This document shows, in pieces, positions 7,638 through 11,220 of a DNA stretch of 11,220 bases. Under the pieces are notes generated by a model. That model did not search any database, was not told the origin of the DNA, and worked only from the letters and a program-made list of their open reading frames with translations. Source of the stretch: Gemmatimonadota bacterium (GTDB lineage Bacteria > Gemmatimonadota > Gemmatimonadetes > Gemmatimonadales > GWC2-71-9). Location of the stretch: positions 1 through 11,220 of the forward strand of contig QHTZ01000010.1 of NCBI GenBank assembly GCA_003221005.1. The letters are read 5' to 3'. The position numbers and the translations under genes were made by a program. Position 1 is the first letter of the stretch; each line of letters begins with the position of its first letter.

Positions 7638-8447
7638 GTGAGGATCGCCCTCACAATCGCCGGCTCCGACTCGGGCGGCGGCGCCGGGATCCAGGCCGAC
7701 CTCAAAACGTTTCATCAGTTCGGCGTCTTTGGCACGACCGTCCTCACGGCCGTGACTGCACAAAACACCCGCGGCGTGCAGGGGTGGCAGGCCGTCCCCG
7801 TCGACCTTGTCATCCGCCAACTCGACGCCGTCGCAGGCGATCTGCCGCCCCTGGCCATGAAGACCGGGATGCTTGCGTCGGGCGAGATCGTGGAGGCTGT
7901 CGCGGCTGGCATCGTGCGGCACCGCCTCCCGAACTACGTGCTCGACCCCGTCATGGTCGCCACGTCGGGAGACCGTCTGCTGCACGCCGACGCCGCACGC
8001 TTGATCGCTCAGCGGTTGGTACCGCTCGCCACGCTCGTCACCCCGAACCTCGACGAAGCGACGATCCTGCTCGAGGAGGAGGTGAGTACCGCCGATCAGA
8101 TGGCGCGCGCTGCAGCGGCGCTCGTGAAGCTGGGAGCACGCGCCGCGCTAGTGACGGGCGGACACCTGGCAGGGGACGAGGTCGTGGATGTGTTCGTCGC
8201 CGACGGCGCTACGCGGCGGTTCGCGCACCCGCGGCTCGACACGGCGTCCACCCACGGGACGGGGTGCACGCTCTCAGCGGCGGTGACGGCCGGGCTGGCG
8301 CACGGTCGGCCGCTGCCCGAGGCGGTTGCCGATGGCGTCGCCTTCGTGCAGCGCGCGCTGGCTGCGGCCCCGGGGCTCGGGAGCGGCCACGGGCCGCTCA
8401 ATCACTTCGTTCCGGCCCCGCCCCGGCCGCCGACGGAGGGGCTCTAG
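7638..8447 (+). CDS. thiD: Hydroxymethylpyrimidine/phosphomethylpyrimidine kinase
   Basis: GTG start, then [69 protein letters not shown] and [10 protein letters not shown]. Confidence 0.95.
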   Translation: MRIALTIAGSDSGGGAGIQADLKTFHQFGVFGTTVLTAVTAQNTRGVQGWQAVPVDLVIRQLDAVAGDLPPLAMKTGMLASGEIVEAVAAGIVRHRLPNYVLDPVMVATSGDRLLHADAARLIAQRLVPLATLVTPNLDEATILLEEEVSTADQMARAAAALVKLGARAALVTGGHLAGDEVVDVFVADGATRRFAHPRLDTASTHGTGCTLSAAVTAGLAHGRPLPEAVADGVAFVQRALAAAPGLGSGHGPLNHFVPAPPRPPTEGL

Positions 8448-8450
8448 AAG

Positions 8451-8490
8451 GCGGTTTGGCAGTTTGGCGGTTTGGCGGTTAGGGGGTACG
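8451..8490 (+). repeat. 8-mer tandem array (GCGGTTTG/GCGGTTAG) directly after the thiD stop
   Basis: gcggtttg gcagtttg gcggtttg gcggttag, followed by a degenerate ggggtacg. Confidence 0.8.
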
Positions 8491-8573
8491 GCACGCATGG
8501 TTTCGTTTCGCGCGACTCGTATACCGCTCGCAGATTCGTTCGCGTGGCCTCCCACGAACGTGTGTCCCTGCGC

Positions 8574-9134
8574 GTGTCAGCCAGCCGGCGTTCCTTCCGG
8601 CTTCGCGGATACGACTATTCTCGGGCAGGGGCGTACTTCGTCACGATTCGCTCTTCGGACAGCGAGCCAGTATTCGGCAGGATGACCGGAGGCAAACTTC
8701 GGCCGAGCCCTATCGGGTTGTGTGCGCGAGACTGCTGGACCGAGATACCAAAGCATTTTCCGTTTGTTGAGCTAGACGTTTTCATCCTCATGCCGGATCA
8801 CCTGCATGGAATTGTTCAGATTGTGCACAGCGACCACAAACGGCCTGCGGTAACTGTAGGGGCACGACATGTCGTGCCCCTACAAGACGCCGCGACGCCG
8901 TCGTTCGGGTATTCCCAACCCCATTCTTTACCACGCGTCGTCGGGTCCTTCAAGGCCGCCGTGTCAAGGCGCGTAGGGCGCCCCATCTGGCAGCGCAACT
9001 ACCATGAGCGCATCATCCGGGACGAGGAGGAGCTCCGACAGATCCGGTGGTACATCAGAACCAATCCGCGGCGCTGGACGACCGAAGAGAGATCTTTAGC
9101 GGTCGGCGGATCGGGAGGGGCCAGCAATCTGTAG
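8574..9134 (+). mobile_element. REP-associated tyrosine transposase (RAYT; Y1_Tnp, IS200/IS605-superfamily HUH nuclease); start uncertain (GTG 8544, 8562 or 8574)
   Basis: N-terminal RRSFRLRGYDYSRAGAYFVTI, HUH motif MPDHLHGIV (8799-8807), SLPRVVGSFKAAVSR, WQRNYHERIIRDE and the catalytic Tyr in YIRTNP (9051). GTAG palindromes are associated with it, and it looks more AT-rich than the flanking genes by eye. Confidence 0.92.
8855..8884. repeat. GTAG-type REP: perfect 30-bp palindrome inside the RAYT CDS
   Basis: TGTAGGGGCACGACATGTCGTGCCCCTACA is its own reverse complement and translates as VGARHVVPLQ. Confidence 0.93.
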
Positions 9135-9141
9135 GGGCACG
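9129..9141 (+). repeat. REP half-site supplying the RAYT stop codon
   Basis: ctgtaggggcacg is identical to the left arm of the palindrome; the TAG at 9132-9134 lies within its GTAG. Confidence 0.8.
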
Positions 9142-9175
9142 GCTTGGGCTCAGGGGATTTGTGGTTCAACAATTC

Positions 9176-9205
9176 TGTAGGGGCACGACATGTCGTGCCC
9201 CTACA
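9176..9205. repeat. GTAG-type REP: second identical perfect 30-bp palindrome
   Basis: TGTAGGGGCACGACATGTCGTGCCCCTACA, identical to 8855-8884. Confidence 0.93.
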
Positions 9206-9232
9206 AACAAACGAAACGCACTGCCTCGGACA

Positions 9233-9311
9233 CCAGCCACCTAACCAACTGACCACCTAACCACCTGAGCGCCTGAGCACCCTACCGCCCACCGTCTACC
9301 CGCCTACCCGC
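9233..9311 (-). repeat. Degenerate 8-mer tandem array (~10 units) directly after the DUF5916 stop, inverted relative to 8451-8490
   Basis: Plus strand: ccagccac ctaaccaa ctgaccac ctaaccac ctgagcgc ctgagcac cctaccgc ccaccgt ctacccgc ctacccgc. The reverse-complement consensus is approximately GYGGTYAG. Confidence 0.8.
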
Positions 9312-11220
9312 CTAGGGATTCCACCAGTACGTCACCTTCACCAGGAAGATGTTGTCCGCGTGGGCGCTGAGCAGCCGGTTCACCGCATGCCCAAACTGAA
9401 AGTCGCCGCTGATCTCGTCATCCGAGCGCGTCTGCGTCCACACCAGATAGATCGCCGAACCCGGGGAGAACTCCCACCGCAGCACCGCGTTGCCGCGGAG
9501 CGAGCGGAGATTCGAGGCGGGGTCCTTGAAGCTCAGCGTGTCGGAGCTCGAGCCGCTTGCCTGCACGTGATATCGCCCGGTCGAGTCCCGGGAGATGTTG
9601 CCGACGTCCCGACCGTACACGTTGAAGTCGAAGCTACGCGGCCGGGCGAGCTCCTTGAACGCCCGGTAGCTGACCGCCGAGATCAGCGGCTGGGCGTACA
9701 GCTGGAGACTCAGTCGCGGCGTGAAGGTCCAGTCGAGCCGGATGGCCGCGGACACCTGCGTCTGCCGCAGGTCGCCGAACACGTACCGGTGGCCGTACGT
9801 GGCGGTGGCGAGACTGTCGGTGAAGGTGTCGATGTACTGCCTGGGATTGCTGTTCCAGCTGTAGTTGGGCTGTACCGAGAGTGAAACGCTCGGCGCGGGC
9901 CGCCATAAGACGTTCGGGCCGGTGTACCAGTTCGTGCCCCCGGCCGACTGGTACGTGCCGGCGGAGAGGCCCACGACCCAGGTCTTGCGACTATCCGAGC
10001 CCAGGCTTACGTCCGCCTGGTAGCCGGGCGGATTGAGCGCCAAGGGGCCGCCCCGCGTCAGCCGATCGTTCAGGGTCGAGGGGTTGTACGCCACGTCCCA
10101 GTTGATCGAGTAGTAATTGAGGAACAGCACACTCCCCTCGTGGAAGACGCCGGTCCACGTGACGTCGCCGTCCCAGTCGTAATTCCGGAAGACGGCGCCG
10201 AGCAGCTCGACGAACCGAAACACCCGCCCCGGCTTGTTCCAGTCGTGCCCGGCACCCGCGTGCATGTTGATGACGCCGCTGCGGAATTGAAACCCGATGT
10301 CGTCCACGTCGAACCGCGGCGCCAGGATGCCAAGCGCGGAGTTCGAGAACCAGTCGCCCTTCTGTTTGTTCAGGTACAGCCGCGCTCCCCATCCGGTCAG
10401 CGAGGTTGCGAGGGAGTCGACGTGGACGTGGAGGCCGTCGGGCCGCTGGAAGTAGTGGAGCGAGTTCTCCTGGAGATCGGTGATGCGGGCCGGCGAGCCG
10501 CTGTTGCGGGTGAGCCCGACCCAACCCGTCAGCACCCATTTCTTCTCGTGGTCGAGGAAGGTCCAGCCGTCGCTCCCGAGCGTCAGCGCTCGGGAGTTGA
10601 CGTCATCCCGCAGGCTCGGGTCCCGAAACGACCGCGCCGCGACGGTCGAAATGAACCCCAGACCCTGGCGCCCCTCGGGGAACTCCTTCTGCGCGCGGAA
10701 CACGCCGTAATACGCGAGCGGCTCCACTTCTTTATCGAACCGGATTCCCGACGTATCGATGCGCGCGGTCTCGCGCTCCGTCGCCGCAGACAGGATCCCC
10801 ACATTCCAGCTGCTGCCGGCCTTCCCGGTCAGCTTGACAGCGCCGAGGATGTGCGCGCCACCGGGGACGTCGGCGAAGCTCGAGTCGGAGTTGTCCCCCT
10901 TGGGCACCGTCCCCCCGGGCGGCCGCCCGATGCGGCGGCTATAGAAGAACTGGGGCTCTCCCCAGTTGAAGCCCCAGTAGTTGCGCCCGCCGCCGTGCCC
11001 GAAATCGAAGATCGACGACCCTTCGATGAAGAACGGCCGCTTCTCGGGGAAGAACGTCTCGACGTCACTCAGATTCACGACGGCGGGATCCACCTCGACC
11101 TGCCCGAAGTCGGGGTTGATCGACCCGCTGAGCGTGAGGTTGCTGCCGATCCCGACCTTGAGATCCGCGCCCGCGCCGGGGGAGTAGCGACCGTCGGCGC
11201 GGAAGGGGTCGTCCGCTACG
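9312..11220 (-). CDS. DUF5916-type outer-membrane beta-barrel protein (often fused to a CBM9-like domain), 5'-truncated by the window edge
   Basis: The frame is open to the right edge (..GADLKVGIGSNLTLSGSINPDFGQVEVDPAVVNLSDVETFFPEKRPFFIEG), with FYSRRIG, ILGAVKLTGK, alternating beta-strands, NAVLRWEF.PGS.IYLVW and an aromatic C-terminus (KVTYWWNP). Confidence 0.85.
   Translation of the reverse strand, partial: VADDPFRADGRYSPGAGADLKVGIGSNLTLSGSINPDFGQVEVDPAVVNLSDVETFFPEKRPFFIEGSSIFDFGHGGGRNYWGFNWGEPQFFYSRRIGRPPGGTVPKGDNSDSSFADVPGGAHILGAVKLTGKAGSSWNVGILSAATERETARIDTSGIRFDKEVEPLAYYGVFRAQKEFPEGRQGLGFISTVAARSFRDPSLRDDVNSRALTLGSDGWTFLDHEKKWVLTGWVGLTRNSGSPARITDLQENSLHYFQRPDGLHVHVDSLATSLTGWGARLYLNKQKGDWFSNSALGILAPRFDVDDIGFQFRSGVINMHAGAGHDWNKPGRVFRFVELLGAVFRNYDWDGDVTWTGVFHEGSVLFLNYYSINWDVAYNPSTLNDRLTRGGPLALNPPGYQADVSLGSDSRKTWVVGLSAGTYQSAGGTNWYTGPNVLWRPAPSVSLSVQPNYSWNSNPRQYIDTFTDSLATATYGHRYVFGDLRQTQVSAAIRLDWTFTPRLSLQLYAQPLISAVSYRAFKELARPRSFDFNVYGRDVGNISRDSTGRYHVQASGSSSDTLSFKDPASNLRSLRGNAVLRWEFSPGSAIYLVWTQTRSDDEISGDFQFGHAVNRLLSAHADNIFLVKVTYWWNP

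Noticed and set aside
6567-7985. 626-aa (+) and 412-aa (-) long ORFs as fusion proteins
   Set aside because: Their N-terminal extensions are antisense shadows of the trmH-family gene/pilD and of thiD; recognisable homology begins at 7638 (+) and about 7556 (-).
8574-9134. Classical IS200/IS605 insertion sequence
   Set aside because: No tnpB is present, and the RLRGYDY, MPDHLH, WQRNYHE and YIRTNP motifs plus GTAG palindromes fit RAYT rather than IS200 TnpA.
8855-9205. Identical 30-bp palindromes as CRISPR repeats
   Set aside because: There are only two full copies, 321 bp apart, one inside a CDS, with no regular spacers and no cas genes. The GTAG ends and adjacent RAYT identify them as REPs.
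382-11187. The many other overlapping ORFs in the track (e.g. 4370-5389, 4864-5688, 5723-6802, 7616-8482, 9360-9884)
   Set aside because: They are Arg/Pro/Ala-rich alternative-frame or antisense ORFs overlapping well-supported genes, as expected in high-GC DNA, and carry no recognisable motifs.

Overview
High-GC bacterial window; gene content and style suggest Gemmatimonadota, which is an inference and unconfirmed. From left to right it contains the 3' part of a PolX-PHP DNA polymerase (+), converging on a minus-strand run of trmH-family methyltransferase, prepilin peptidase, a single-AAA-module Clp-like ATPase, a HEXXH putative lipoprotein, rpsP, a truncated rimM, trmD, rplS and rnhB. Next come the divergent thiD (+), a REP-associated tyrosine transposase (RAYT, Y1 HUH) with perfect 30-bp GTAG palindromes, and the 3' part of a DUF5916-type outer-membrane protein (-). 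The main signal not explained by the genes is a dispersed set of short G-rich tandem arrays: 10-mers and 8-mers sharing a GGCGGY core, plus one 7-mer. They form ~90-100-bp inverted-array hairpins, one across a convergent gene junction and one in frame inside the Clp-like gene. They also lie in frame in other proteins and bracket the RAYT module in inverted orientation. Other oddities are a RimM lacking its PRC domain and a nearby canonical start, a D1-only Clp ATPase, and a probable ATA start codon.
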